Of a stretch of 64,000 bases of DNA, positions 1 through 11,603 are shown one piece after another. Both the position numbers and the translations under genes were made by a program. The stretch's first letter is position 1. The number at the start of each line of letters is the position of its first letter. Below the pieces are notes generated by a model, which was given only the letters and a program-made list of their open reading frames with translations, searched no databases and was not told the origin of the DNA. Origin of the DNA: Spizellomyces punctatus DAOM BR117 (lineage: Eukaryota); the NCBI GenBank assembly GCA_000182565.2, contig KQ257466.1, one strand, 5' to 3'.

Positions 1-794
1 TACTGTTATTGTGTGGACAAGCTGCTCTTATTGTCGAAACTGAGATGCGCGAACGGCTCTTCAGATTACTGCATCCGCTATTAAGCTATTCATAGAAACC
101 TTGGATGAGGGTCATTCATTTTTGATTCACTGAGTATAATGGGATCCGATCGTAGTCCCCACTGCATAATATAAGTAGCACCGCCAGGCTCCCAAGGGGC
201 GACAGTAAAACTGGATGTTGCTGGAAACGGGATCCGGAGTGATACCATTGGAGATGATAAACCACGGAGGGACATATCCCGGTGCATGGTAGTGCATATC
301 ACGAGCACATATCAGGATCAGGATTCCATAGGTCGGTCGCATTAGTGTCCAAATGTTTGACCTAGAACCATGTAAACGAACGCTTTTTCTGTTGGGTTAA
401 CTCTCCATCTCGAGCATCGACCGTTTGCATAGAATCATAGAATCCATGAGACCGTCAAAGTTCAAAGTCGTTATCAACACTTCTAAAGTTGATGATTGAC
501 TTTGATGTAAAATGGCCTGCTCCAGTTCGTTGAGCAGGATAGAATGTCCGCTAGCATATTTCCATGGGCAGCGGACAAACAAAAACCACAGAATATCGAT
601 GGAAAGGGCGAGTTTTAGAGGTCACTCGGTCTCCTTGTGCGTTAAAACACTGGATTTGATGCAGGACGCGCCGTCAAAACCCAGCAGAACAACACTGCAT
701 GCTCCTTGATGGATTTTCGCAATTTATCTACCAACCCCTTTCCCATCTCTTACAACCACGGATATTTTGCAGCTGTGCTCTCAAGGCTGCAGCT

Positions 795-2310
795 ATGACC
801 ACTTCTTCACCTCTACGAAGATCTACCCGACTTGTAGTGCAGCAAGTAACAACCAAGACGATGCAGTCTGTGGCCCCGGAGACAGCAGAGGTTAAAGGTG
901 AACGACGACGAGTTGCATCAAAGGCAGTGTCCTACAAAATTGAGGAAGTAGACGACGTGGAAGAAAGAACTGGTGCCCCCGAGACCGGCACCGAGCAAAA
1001 GAGATGGCCAAAGCAGGAGAACAACAAAAATGGGCAGGAAGACAAGCCATTGAAGCGGCGAAGGAAGAGGGCGGAGGCGGTAGATGCTATAGATGGCGAT
1101 GAGGTGAAAATGCCAGATGATGATCTAAAGACGAAGCGTCAAAAGCACCGAAACAAGGGTATCAGTGATGACAAAGATATGGTAGCATCAGGTGAACCAA
1201 CGGAAGCAGAGAAGGAGAAACCAGCGAAACGCCGAGTCACAAAAGCAAAGAGTACGGCAAATGAAGAGGATGAGAAAAGCATCAAAAAGCCCAAAAAGCC
1301 AAAGGTGGAAAAGACCATTGAAATTCCTGACATGGATACCGAATATATGTGGGCCCGTGCCAAAGCATGCAAAAAGTACGTCGGTGCGCATGTGAGTGCC
1401 GCCGGTGGAAGTCATAATGCGGTTATCACCAGTACCAAAATAGGGTATGAGCGCTCCCTTTATTTCCACAGAACCTTGTTAATATCTTTGTATCAGTGGT
1501 ACATGTTTTGCGCTCTTTGTCAAAAACCAACGCAGATGGGAATCCCCACCAACTCCTGGCTCACAAGTGGAAGCGTTCGCCAAAGCTTGCCCTCTGGCTG
1601 GCTTCTGTCCCAAGACACATGTCCTACCACATGGGTCTTATTTAGTTAATCTGGCGAACTATGAGGATGAAAGGGCCACGCAAGCTTTCAATGGCTTTGT
1701 GGACGAATTGAAACGATGCGAAGAGCTTGGGATCGGATTATACAACTTCCAGTTGAGTATCGTTGAGGCAGTGATTTTAAGAATATTGACATCTTAGCCC
1801 TAATGGNNNNNNNNNNNNNNNNNNNNNNNNNNNNNNNNNNNNNNNNNNNNNNNNNNNNNNNNNNNNNNNNNNNNNNNNNNNNNNNNNNNNNNNNNNNNNN
1901 NNNNNNNNNNNNNNGGGTGGGAATATGTCTCGACACTTGTCATATGTTTGCAGCAGGTACATGAACAGCATCTGAGCATGCGCGGGACTATATTCTTAAT
2001 CGCCCTTTCAGGTTACGATATCAGGACCCAAGAGACGTATAATGCGACACTCACCAGCTTTGACCGCATCGTTGGGCTCAAATATCTGCGCGCGATGCAT
2101 ATAAATGACAGTAAATGCCCACTTGGATCCAAGAAAGATCGCCACGAGAACCTTGGAAAGGGGGAAATTGGGCTGGAGGCGTTCAGGTGCATCATGAATG
2201 ATGAGAGAATGAACGGAATTCCGCTTGTGCTTGAGACGCCTGAGCGGGACGGTGACATGGGTTATAAGGAGGAAATCGATATTCTGTATGGATTAGTTGA
2301 GAGTAAATGA
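795..2310 (+). CDS. APN1: AP endonuclease, endonuclease IV family (multi-exon, long K/E-rich N-terminus, spans an assembly gap)
   Basis: Motifs YVGAHVSAAGG, FALFVKNQRRW (after intron ~1446-1496), LPHGSYLVNL, HINDSK..LGSKKDRHENLGKGEIG and LVLETP. Confidence 0.93.
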
Positions 2311-2624
2311 ATACTGAGCCGTTATTTTTGTTGAAATCTCCTTGTTCGCGTGCATGGAAACCTCTTATAGGCAGGACCATAGACTCTATTACCGTGTGGG
2401 ATTTCCATAAAGACATCCTAACTGAAGGTACGCATGGGAGAGTGTGCAGCGGGGTTTGCAAGTGTCTGTCGACAGAACGCATGCATTTCAAAGCAATGTA
2501 TGGATGCATGACGAGTCTCTCATGAATGCAACTAATGATGTCTAATGGTTATATACAATCCGACATGATGAAATCTATCAAAACACCTCAACAGGTATGG
2601 TTGGGTCTGAGAAGTGAGACACTC

Positions 2625-3370
2625 CTACTTCTCATTACCAGAGCCGGCGCCCTTTGCGGCGTCCTCTGCCTTTTTGGTCAAAAGTCTTGCCATCGCATTT
2701 CGCAGATTTTTCTCTGCAACAGCTGTGCCATTTTGCACGGCAAGCTTGTACTCTTCAACCGCTTTTTCCAGACGACCCATAGAGTCGAGAACGACGGCAT
2801 AATTGTAGTGGATTTCGCCGTCATTGGGTTCCAGACGAAGGGCCTCCTCGTAATGGGAGAGGGCTGTTTCGGGGTCTTTGAGGATCAATGCATGAACATT
2901 AGCAATATTTACGTGGGCATCGCTGCGGTTTGGAGAGAGCTCCAAGGACTTTTTCCATGACTTGATGGCCGCCTCATGTCTCCCTGAGAATTACATGATG
3001 GTTAGTAAAGAACTGAAATCCATATGACAGGTGTAGCACCTTACCTAGTTGCAGTTGACAGTTTGCAATATTGTAGTAAGCGTCCCCAGTCGCCTTGGTC
3101 CATGCCGACTTTTCAAAGCAATCCAATGCTCCATGGAGATCCTGGGTAAACCGTGTATCAATTATTGATGGTCATCTTCATTCCACTAATACCACAGAGC
3201 GCTTTGCCTACATCATTGTTCCATTTTTGTGTGCCTTCGTTGAACCATTCCCTTGCCTTTATCGTCTCTGGATCTGCTGCTGTGACAGAGTCACTGGAAT
3301 GCGACGCATAGTGTCGGGTGGTGCTGCTAAACCCTGCAAACCGTGACAGCGATAAGAATTGAGAATGCAT
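2625..3370 (-). CDS. TPR-repeat protein with probable mitochondrial presequence (multi-exon)
   Basis: TPR-like units (AHVNIANV...ALSHYEEALRLEPNDGEIHYNYAVVL); R/S-rich N-terminus; GT-AG introns join the ORF pieces. Confidence 0.7.
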
Positions 3371-3762
3371 CCTTGTATCCTAGCTAGCACATACGCAGAC
3401 GCTGCGCATGACGGTGCGGCTATCGGTGCAGCTACACGCTGGACAAGAACTGGAGAGATCTATCAATCGTCCGCACCCCATCACATTCTGGCGCTGACAA
3501 AAAACCTTACGTCTTGGCACATAACCTGTGGTGCGACGGAATGTGTGAAACAGCGGTCGCCTGCAGGCAGTCAAAAGTCGTAGCGAAGCAGACATTTTGT
3601 TACGATGAAAATCTCGTCAGTTTCTGTTAAAAGTGTTCAACATTTCTTGGACGATCTGTCTTGCACGTGCCCCCCAACAGATCGCCGCGTTCGTCCCAAG
3701 CCCTTCAACCGTCTTCTACCTTCCTTCTCCCATTTCTTTGCCCTCGACCAAACTTTGACAAA

Positions 3763-4683
3763 ATGACTGGTCCGGTGAACGCAGACCTCTACTCGGACGT
3801 CAAGATTGCCATTATTGGCGGATCGGGGCTTTATCACTTGGACAATTTGAAGGTTCTCGGCGAGATTAACCCGGAGACTCCTTGGGGACATCCGAGCGAC
3901 AAAATCATTATTTCCGAGACGCCCGACGGCCACAAGATTGCCTTTCTCGCCCGACACGGTCGTGGGCACTTTTTGAATCCGAGCGAAGTGCCTGCGCGAG
4001 CAAACATTGCCGCCCTCAAGCACATTGGCGTAGAGGTTATCCTCGCATTCTCCGCTGTCGGCTCCCTCCGCGAAGAGATCAAGCCCAGGGACTTTGTTCT
4101 GCCATCTCAAATTGTGGATAGGACAAAGGGCATTCGACCCTCAACTTATTTCGAGAATGGTGTAACAGCCCATGTTGGATTTGCTGATCCTTTTGATAAA
4201 GAATTGTCGGACATTATCTTCGCCCAGGGTAACGTTTGCGAAGGGGTGACATTCCACACGAATAAAACCCTTGTCTGCATGGAAGGACCAGCCTTTTCCA
4301 CTCGCGCAGAGTCACATATGTACCGGTCGTGGGGATGCGATATTATTAACATGTCTGTACTCCCTGAAGCAAAGCTGGCTAGAGAGGCTGAAATTGGATA
4401 CCAAATGGTCTGTATGTCAACCGACTACGATTGTTGGAAGGAAACGGAGGAAGCCGTCTCCGTGGAGGCCGTCATTGCGAACTTGGGTGCAAACTCGGAT
4501 AACGCAAAGAAGCTACTCTTGGCAGTCATCCCAGCTGTGACCAAGGCTTTGGACGCAGGAGAGCTCAAAAGTGTGGCGGCGTTGCAAGGTGCGAACAAGT
4601 ACGCTGTCATTACCTCTAAAGAAAAGCGCAACGCGGAGCAACTGAAGAAATTGGAGTATCTTCTCCCTGGCTATTTTATTTGA
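3763..4683 (+). CDS. MEU1: S-methyl-5'-thioadenosine phosphorylase (MTAP), intronless
   Basis: IAIIGGSG, TPWGHPSD, FLARHG, MEGPAFSTRAES, INMS..PEAKLAREAE and TDYDCW; ATG at 3763. Confidence 0.96.
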   Translation: MTGPVNADLYSDVKIAIIGGSGLYHLDNLKVLGEINPETPWGHPSDKIIISETPDGHKIAFLARHGRGHFLNPSEVPARANIAALKHIGVEVILAFSAVGSLREEIKPRDFVLPSQIVDRTKGIRPSTYFENGVTAHVGFADPFDKELSDIIFAQGNVCEGVTFHTNKTLVCMEGPAFSTRAESHMYRSWGCDIINMSVLPEAKLAREAEIGYQMVCMSTDYDCWKETEEAVSVEAVIANLGANSDNAKKLLLAVIPAVTKALDAGELKSVAALQGANKYAVITSKEKRNAEQLKKLEYLLPGYFI

Positions 4684-5126
4684 TTGTCTAGTGTAGAGTG
4701 ATTATGTAGATTCGATAGAGGCAGCTACCCTTCGATCGAAGCTAGATGACTTTTACTTTCATCGTCATAAGAATCATTGTAATATTAACTTTTACCGTTT
4801 GGATTGCCTCAACATAAAGGCCAAAGAGAATCTTGACTGGAAAGACTTTGTGCCTCCCATGGGACTTGACAATAATGCCACCCGCACAAACAACATCTGT
4901 AAATTACAAACCTTTTGATCGAATGACCATATAATAAAGAATCCGATATTTCGTTCATTACTGGCTGGTTGAGTTGACCACTATGAAAGAAGAACCAGGG
5001 TTCTTCCTATGCGGATTGTCTGTTGGTGTTCGAAAACCTAACTGGAGAGCTGCCATGAAAGCAGAAAAGGAGCCACGCCAGGGCGATCAAAGTCTGGCGG
5101 GCATAGTCTAAGAACGCGTCGCAACA

Positions 5127-5156
5127 TAGTGCGGAGCCGGTGGGTATTGGCACTAG
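5127..5156 (+). repeat. Left TIR of Fanzor element (includes TA)
   Basis: TAGTGCGGAGCCGGTGGGTATTGGCACTAG is the exact reverse complement of 14560-14589. Confidence 0.97.
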
Positions 5157-5242
5157 TACAGTGATTCCAACCAATTGAATCATAATTTTACTCGATTTAG
5201 ACTCATGAACTATGATTTGATAATGGTTCGATGCACAAACGA

Positions 5243-5333
5243 TGCTCCACCATTGAAAAACGGGTCCAATATGTGCGGCAATGAACGGATTGAATATTCT
5301 GCAGTTGCTCCACCATTGAAAAACGGGTCCAAT
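5243..5333 (+). repeat. 28-bp subterminal direct repeat pair in Fanzor left end
   Basis: TGCTCCACCATTGAAAAACGGGTCCAAT at 5243-5270 and 5306-5333. Confidence 0.9.
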
Positions 5334-5350
5334 GCGCAGTTGTCATATCT

Positions 5351-5447
5351 CTATATAAACCCGCCTTCTCTGCCCATTTCCCAGGTTTTCATCATTCTCT
5401 GCCGATAGGCTTTCATCATTCTCTGCCCATTTTCCAGGCTTTCATCC
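5351..5447 (+). promoter_or_regulatory. Putative Fanzor promoter: TATA box followed by pyrimidine-rich tandem repeats
   Basis: CTATATAAA at ~5351-5359, then three imperfect TTCTCTGCCC..AGG.TTTCATC units ahead of the ATG at 5468. Confidence 0.5.
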
Positions 5448-5467
5448 ATTTTTCTATTCCAATCATC

Positions 5468-5611
5468 ATGCCGCCAAAGAAAAAGCAAAAGCTTGAAAAA
5501 CTTGACAAACCCACCTTACATACCTGCAACAAAACTTCCTTTGCAAAAGCTTTCCTGCCTAATGAGACCTACCACCAACGGCTTCTAGATTACATCACCA
5601 TCATCCATCAA
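5468..5611 (+). pseudogene. Fz1: Fanzor1 nuclease, segment 1 (NLS and N-terminus)
   Basis: MPPKKKQKLEKLDKPTLHTCNKTSFAKAFLPNETYHQRLLDYITIIHQ; frame resumes exactly at 12152 after removing the Gypsy element and one TSD. Confidence 0.92.
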
Positions 5612-6100
5612 TGTAACAGGCTAGCAGGGACAAGAAGACAACAGAAAACTAGGGAAGACTTGGTTACTCTTGTTATTCTCCTTTGAGGGGCCTCAGAGAG
5701 GTCCTCTTTTTATAGACAAAGGGGCTGACAAATGCTATATCCTAACTACCCAATCAGATCTCACCCACATCATCCTAAACTATTTGTCAGCCTATTGCAC
5801 CATTTGCAACCAATCAGAACTCATACATGTCATCCTAAACTATTTGTCAGCCTATTGCACCATTTATAGCCAATCAGAAGTGAGACAAGTCATCCTAAAT
5901 ACACTGTGCCACTTGATTGAAAGGGGCAGATGCCAGTGTGTCAGAATACTCATCTAATTTAGCCAGAAATGGCTAAATCTGCTTATTTATCTAATTCTGG
6001 TCAAATGAATGCTGACACCATCAGCAAAGTCATGTGCCCACTAGTTTGGAACCACATCTAACCAGTATAACCATAGCACTGACAGAAGAATTCTGTCACA
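5612..6100 (-). repeat. 3' LTR of Gypsy element (489 bp)
   Basis: TGTAAC...GTCACA; highly similar to 11604-12146; internal CCAAT-containing tandem units. Confidence 0.96.
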
Positions 6101-6112
6101 CTCCCCCACTTT
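6101..6112 (-). other. Polypurine tract
   Basis: Minus strand reads AAAGTGGGGGAG directly abutting the 3' LTR. Confidence 0.85.
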
Positions 6113-6116
6113 AAGA

Positions 6117-8881
6117 TTAAGCTCCCTTCTGGGCTAGGAACTCCTTCAAGATTTCTCTGCCATGGGGTAGGAGGTTTTCTTCTGGTTCCCAGGTGTTCTG
6201 AGAGGAGGGATAGCCTTTCCACTTGATGAGGTAGAGATTCTTCTTCCTTCTGGTCTTGTGGTCAAGAATCTTCTCAACTTCCCAAAACTCTTCTCCTTGC
6301 TGGATAATTGGCTCAGGCTCAGGGGGTACTGGTCTGGTAGGGAAGTCCTCTGTGGGGTCCAAGTAAGGCTTGAGGAGTCTCACATGGAACACTGGATGAA
6401 TCTTCATGGTGCTGGGGAGCTCCAGGGTGTAATTCTGAAATTCATCCTTGGCCTTGATTCTGTAAGGTCCAAGCCAGGGGTGAAGAAGTTTCTGGGCTGG
6501 CCTCTGGGCTTCTTCTTCTGGGGTGATACCTTCTCTAGACAGCCAAACTTTGGAGCCTAGGGGGTAGCTTGGGGCCTTGCTGAGAGACTTGTTGGCTTGC
6601 TGAACTTGTCTTTCTTGGGCCAGTATCATGTTATCCTTGGCTACTTGAAGCAGTTGCTGAATATACTGGTGGAAGTCTGTTGCTTCAAGATCATTGCTTT
6701 CTCCTGGTGGTGTTGCTGGGGTCCTGGGATGCCGGCCATTCTCCAAGTAGAATGGGGTAGAGCCTGTGGTTTCTGAGATACTGTTGTTGTAGGTGAACTC
6801 AGCAAAGGGGAGAAGATCTTCCCAATTCTTCATGTTGTACTGCAGGAAAGCTCTGAGGTAAATCTTCAAAGTCTTGATGGTTCTCTCTGCCTGTCCATTG
6901 GTCTGCTGGTGCCTTGCAGTGGCTAGGAGGGTGTTGCAGCCTAAGAGTTGCATCAAGTTGGACCAGAATGAACTGGTGAACTTGGTGTCTCTGTCTGATA
7001 CAATCACTTCTGGGAGGCCATGGTGCTTGAAGATGTGCTTCAAGAAGAGCAGGGCCAGGTCCTTGGCTGAGGCTCTGGTGGTGGTAGGGATGAAGTGGCC
7101 TCTCTTTGACAATCTGTCAACAATGACAAAGATGGCATTGTGATCAGAGGAAGTCATAGGTAGGTCAGGGATCAGGTCAATGGAGATCTGGCTCCATCTG
7201 GTCTTAGGTACTGGGAGGGGCTGCAGCAAGCCTGCTGGTGGTTGCTGACTAGGTTTGCTTCTCTGGCAGGAATCACAAGACTTGACATACTTCTTAATGT
7301 CCTTGTACATCCTTGGCCAGTAGTAATGCCTTGCTAGGGCATCATGGGTCTTGGTGATGCCAAAGTGTCCAGCATATTGAGTGTCATGGGTTTCTTGGAG
7401 TAGGCTCAACCTTAGGTCTGGGTCACTAGGAACAAAGATCCTGTCCTGGAAATAGAGTAACCCATCCTGATGGCTGAGGTACTTGAGCCTTTGTTGCTGG
7501 TCTTCTGGTCTCCTGGGGTCATCCAAAGCTTGGATGAGCTCTTGAAGTTCTGGGTCTTCTGTGGTACTGGTCTTCAATCTCTCTTGAAGGGTGCTGGTGG
7601 TGTGGGTCACAGCATTCAACTCTGCTGTCACCAAGGCCTTGCACTTGATGCATCTTGGGGCCAGGTCTGGTCTTCTAGACAGGATGTCTGCCACTGTGTG
7701 GAGTCTTCCTGGGCCATAGCCAATCTCAAAGTCAAAAGATTGGAAATTCATGACCCATCTGGCTTGTCTTCTGGTCAAGAAGGGCTGGTTCTGTAGCCAC
7801 TTGAGGGACTGGTGGTCTGAGATAACTTTGAAGGGGGTTCCTTCCAGGTAGGGCCTCCAAACTCTGAGGGCATCATGGATGGCTAACAGCTCTTGTTCTC
7901 TGGTGTCATATCTGGTCTCTGCTGGAGCCATCTTCCTGGAGTGGTAGGCAACTGGTCTCATGCCTTTCCCATCATCCTGTCCAAGCCATGCTCCAACTGC
8001 ATAGCCTGAGGCATCAGGGAAGACAGTGGTAGGCAAGGCTGGGTCAAAGGGTCTGAGTACAGGGGCTTTGGTGACCATATCCTTCAGCTGCTGAAAAGCT
8101 TTCTCCTGAGGTTCAGACCAGGTCCAGGGCTTGTCATTTCTCAACAGGTCTGTCAATGGTGCAGCTTGCTCTGCCAGGTCCTCCAGAAAGCTATGGAAGT
8201 AGTTCACCAGGCCCATGAACTGTCTGACTTCAGTGACACTCTGAGGGGTGGGCCATTCTTGAACAGTCTGCACTTTCTTGGGATCAAGCTTGACTCCTTC
8301 ATGTGAGACTACATGGCCAAGAAACTCTACTTCTTGCTTGAGGAACTGGCACTTGCTGGGGTTGGCATACAGCTTGTTCTGCCTGAGGGCTTGCAGAACC
8401 TGCTTGAGGTGGTCCAGGTGATCTTCTGGGGTCTTGGAGTAGATGAGGATGTCATCTAGGTAGACAATAACAAAGATGTCCAAGAAGGGTCTAAGGACAT
8501 CATTCATCAAAGTCATGAAAGTGGCTGGGGCATTGGTCATTCCAAAGGACATGACCAGGAACTCAAAGTGACCATATCTGGTTCTGAAGGCTGTCTTGGG
8601 GATGTCTTCTGGGTGGACTCTGATCTGGTAATAGCCTGACTTCAGATCTAGCTTGGTAAACACCTGGGCTCCATTCAGCCTATCCATCAGCTCATCAATC
8701 CTAGGGAGGGGATATCTGTTCTTGATGGTGATTTTATTCAGAGCCCTGTAGTCCACACACATCCTCAAAGACCCTTCTTTCTTCTTAACAAAGAGGATAG
8801 GTGCTCCAAATGGGCTCTTGGATGGTCTGATGTGGCCTGCCTCCAGAAGTTCTGAAAGCTGCTTCCTCAGTTCTTCTAACT
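6117..8881 (-). CDS. pol: Gypsy pol: RT, RNase H, integrase, chromodomain (5' part lost in gap)
   Basis: [15 protein letters not shown], RNase H DASG, HHCC (H-x6-H...CDSC), integrase D-D-E (IDLI, SDRD, AER), GPY motif, chromodomain [26 protein letters not shown]; frame open from the gap to the stop. Confidence 0.96.
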
Positions 8882-9775
8882 NNNNNNNNNNNNNNNNNNN
8901 NNNNNNNNNNNNNNNNNNNNNNNNNNNNNNNNNNNNNNNNNNNNNNNNNNNNNNNNNNNNNNNNNNNNNNNNNNNNNNNNNNNNNNNNNNNNNNNNNNNN
9001 NNNNNNNNNNNNNNNNNNNNNNNNNNNNNNNNNNNNNNNNNNNNNNNNNNNNNNNNNNNNNNNNNNNNNNNNNNNNNNNNNNNNNNNNNNNNNNNNNNNN
9101 NNNNNNNNNNNNNNNNNNNNNNNNNNNNNNNNNNNNNNNNNNNNNNNNNNNNNNNNNNNNNNNNNNNNNNNNNNNNNNNNNNNNNNNNNNNNNNNNNNNN
9201 NNNNNNNNNNNNNNNNNNNNNNNNNNNNNNNNNNNNNNNNNNNNNNNNNNNNNNNNNNNNNNNNNNNNNNNNNNNNNNNNNNNNNNNNNNNNNNNNNNNN
9301 NNNNNNNNNNNNNNNNNNNNNNNNNNNNNNNNNNNNNNNNNNNNNNNNNNNNNNNNNNNNNNNNNNNNNNNNNNNNNNNNNNNNNNNNNNNNNNNNNNNN
9401 NNNNNNNNNNNNNNNNNNNNNNNNNNNNNNNNNNNNNNNNNNNNNNNNNNNNNNNNNNNNNNNNNNNNNNNNNNNNNNNNNNNNNNNNNNNNNNNNNNNN
9501 NNNNNNNNNNNNNNNNNNNNNNNNNNNNNNNNNNNNNNNNNNNNNNNNNNNNNNNNNNNNNNNNNNNNNNNNNNNNNNNNNNNNNNNNNNNNNNNNNNNN
9601 NNNNNNNNNNNNNNNNNNNNNNNNNNNNNNNNNNNNNNNNNNNNNNNNNNNNNNNNNNNNNNNNNNNNNNNNNNNNNNNNNNNNNNNNNNNNNNNNNNNN
9701 NNNNNNNNNNNNNNNNNNNNNNNNNNNNNNNNNNNNNNNNNNNNNNNNNNNNNNNNNNNNNNNNNNNNNNNNNNN

Positions 9776-9898
9776 GGTTCTCTGGAGTTCTGGGGTTCTC
9801 AGGGGTCCTGGGATTTTCTGGGTTTCTGGGGTTCTCTGGGATTCTGGGATTCTCTGGGTTTCTGGGGTTCTCTGGGATGCTGGGGTTCTCTGGGGTTC
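9776..9898. repeat. 18-bp tandem repeat (GGGGTTCTCTGGGTTTCT-like) between gag and pol, running into a gap
   Basis: Minus-strand translation gives (RTPETQ)n-like units. Confidence 0.85.
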
Positions 9899-10048
9899 CA
9901 GGTAAAGTCCATGGATAGTTAAAGTCTCAGGGGTGGTTTCAGGTGGGTCCAATAGGTCCAAGGGTTGAATAAAGGAGAGTGTACCAGGTGGTGGGTGTCA
10001 GGGTGGTGGTTCTTATATCTTCCCCAGTAGAGGCAGAACCTCTATCTT

Positions 10049-10739
10049 CTACTGAGTCTGCTTGCCATTTCCCTGCTGCTTGGTCTTCAAGGGGCAGAGG
10101 GGGGCAATATGGCCTGGTTTTCTGCACCTGAAACAGGCTCCCTTCTTTCTGAGCTCAGTCTTCTCAGCCTCAGTGAGTTTGGAGAGAGGCTTCCCAGAGT
10201 TGGTGGATATACTATCTATCTCCATAGGGACTACTCCAGAGTTCTCAGTCTTGGGGGAGTAGTAGCTGGTGGCCTGGCTTCTTCTCTGGTAGCTGAACTG
10301 GATCTGGTCAATCCTATCAGCTGCTGCTGCAGCTGTGGCTAAGTTGATGGTACTGGTGGGGTTGAGCTCCAGTTGTTCCTGAACCCTGGGTTTAAGCCCT
10401 CTGATAAACTTGTCTAACTTTTCAGCTTCTGACAAGTCATCCACCTGAAGGCATAAAGTATTGAACTGGTTTAGGTACTCCTTTACTGAGCCTTGTTGTT
10501 TGAGCCTGGCCAACTGGTCTCTTGCTGCTCTGGTGGCATTTGCTGGGAGGAAGTTCTCTTGAAGGGCTCTCTTGAACTGGTCCCAAGACTGGATTCTGAG
10601 AGGGGATCCTACTGGGTGGTTCTTGACATGGCTTTGCCACCAGACTTCAGCATGGAGTTCCAAGTAGGTGGTGGCTACTAACAGTTGGCCTTCTGGTGAT
10701 AGATCTGCAGCTGCCTGGAAGTACTCTTCAAGTCTGAGG
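10049..10739 (-). CDS. gag: Gypsy gag (N-terminus in gap) with zinc knuckle
   Basis: Retrotransposon gag signature (AEVWW...SWDQFK...LKQQGSVKEY...FIRGLK), PMEID and CFRCRKPGHIAPLC. Confidence 0.92.
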
Positions 10740-11044
10740 NNNNNNNNNNNNNNNNNNNNNNNNNNNNNNNNNNNNNNNNNNNNNNNNNNNNNNNNNNNNN
10801 NNNNNNNNNNNNNNNNNNNNNNNNNNNNNNNNNNNNNNNNNNNNNNNNNNNNNNNNNNNNNNNNNNNNNNNNNNNNNNNNNNNNNNNNNNNNNNNNNNNN
10901 NNNNNNNNNNNNNNNNNNNNNNNNNNNNNNNNNNNNNNNNNNNNNNNNNNNNNNNNNNNNNNNNNNNNNNNNNNNNNNNNNNNNNNNNNNNNNNNNNNNN
11001 NNNNNNNNNNNNNNNNNNNNNNNNNNNNNNNNNNNNNNNNNNNN

Positions 11045-11200
11045 ATGTTGCAGTCAAGATAGGGTGGGTCACAGGCCCAAGAGTATGCAATGTTACTTGC
11101 AGTCAAGATAGGGTGGGTCACAGGCCCAAGAGATGCAATGTTACTTGCAGTCAAAATAGGGTGGGTCACAGGCCCAAAATATGCAATACTACTTGCAAGT
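11045..11200. repeat. About 48-bp tandem repeat in the Gypsy 5' leader, running into a gap
   Basis: Three copies of TTGCAGTCAA(G/A)ATAGGGTGGGTCACAGGCCCAA. Confidence 0.85.
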
Positions 11201-11593
11201 ACAACTGGTGGGGAGGATACAGGGGGACTCTACAGCTTCTTCACAATCCCACAATAGAAAAGCTCTATCTGTTTTATCAGAGCTTCTGATGCTAACCAAG
11301 TGGTGTGTCTGGTGGTAGTTCTGGAGGTTGTGCTGGGGGTAGGTTTGTGGTATGGGATGGTGTGGGCTGGTCTGTAGGAGTCCTTGAGGGGGGTTCTGGG
11401 CATAAGTTGGGTCTGGGATAAGAGGCAGGGGTCTTCTGATATTACTCAGAAGGACTAAGGCTGGGTCTGGGGTCTGGGGTCTGTTGGTCTTCTGATATTA
11501 CTCAGAAGGTCTAGGGCAGGTTCTGGGGGTCTGGGGATCTTAGCTTCTGATCTCTCACAGAAGGTCTAAGAGTCTGGGGTTGTTGTCTAAGGT

Positions 11594-11603
11594 GGTGCTA
11601 CCA
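11594..11603 (-). other. Primer-binding-site-like sequence
   Basis: Minus strand TGGTAGCACC immediately follows the 5' LTR; resembles the tRNAi-Met PBS (TGGTAGCG) of Ty3. Confidence 0.6.

Noticed and set aside
90-600. Possible minus-strand gene fragment at the window start
   Set aside because: Short ORFs only; I could not build a consistent exon chain or recognise a domain.
4689-4701. TAGTGTAGAG(T)GA matching the reverse complement of the ghost right end
   Set aside because: Ten-base match directly after the MTAP stop, with no CATA or inner TIR core; likely chance.
6117-8881. Functional RT-Fanzor fusion system
   Set aside because: TSD-flanked LTR element on the opposite strand interrupts the Fanzor codons; it is a nested insertion, not a coupled system.
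8818-11169. Long ORFs containing X runs (also near 1688-1971 and 57294-58094)
   Set aside because: Artefacts of N gaps; lengths and frames across gaps are meaningless.
11045-11570. Repeat arrays in the Gypsy leader and LTRs as a CRISPR-like array
   Set aside because: Units are contiguous or separated by low-complexity sequence rather than unique spacers; no cas genes; lies inside a retroelement.
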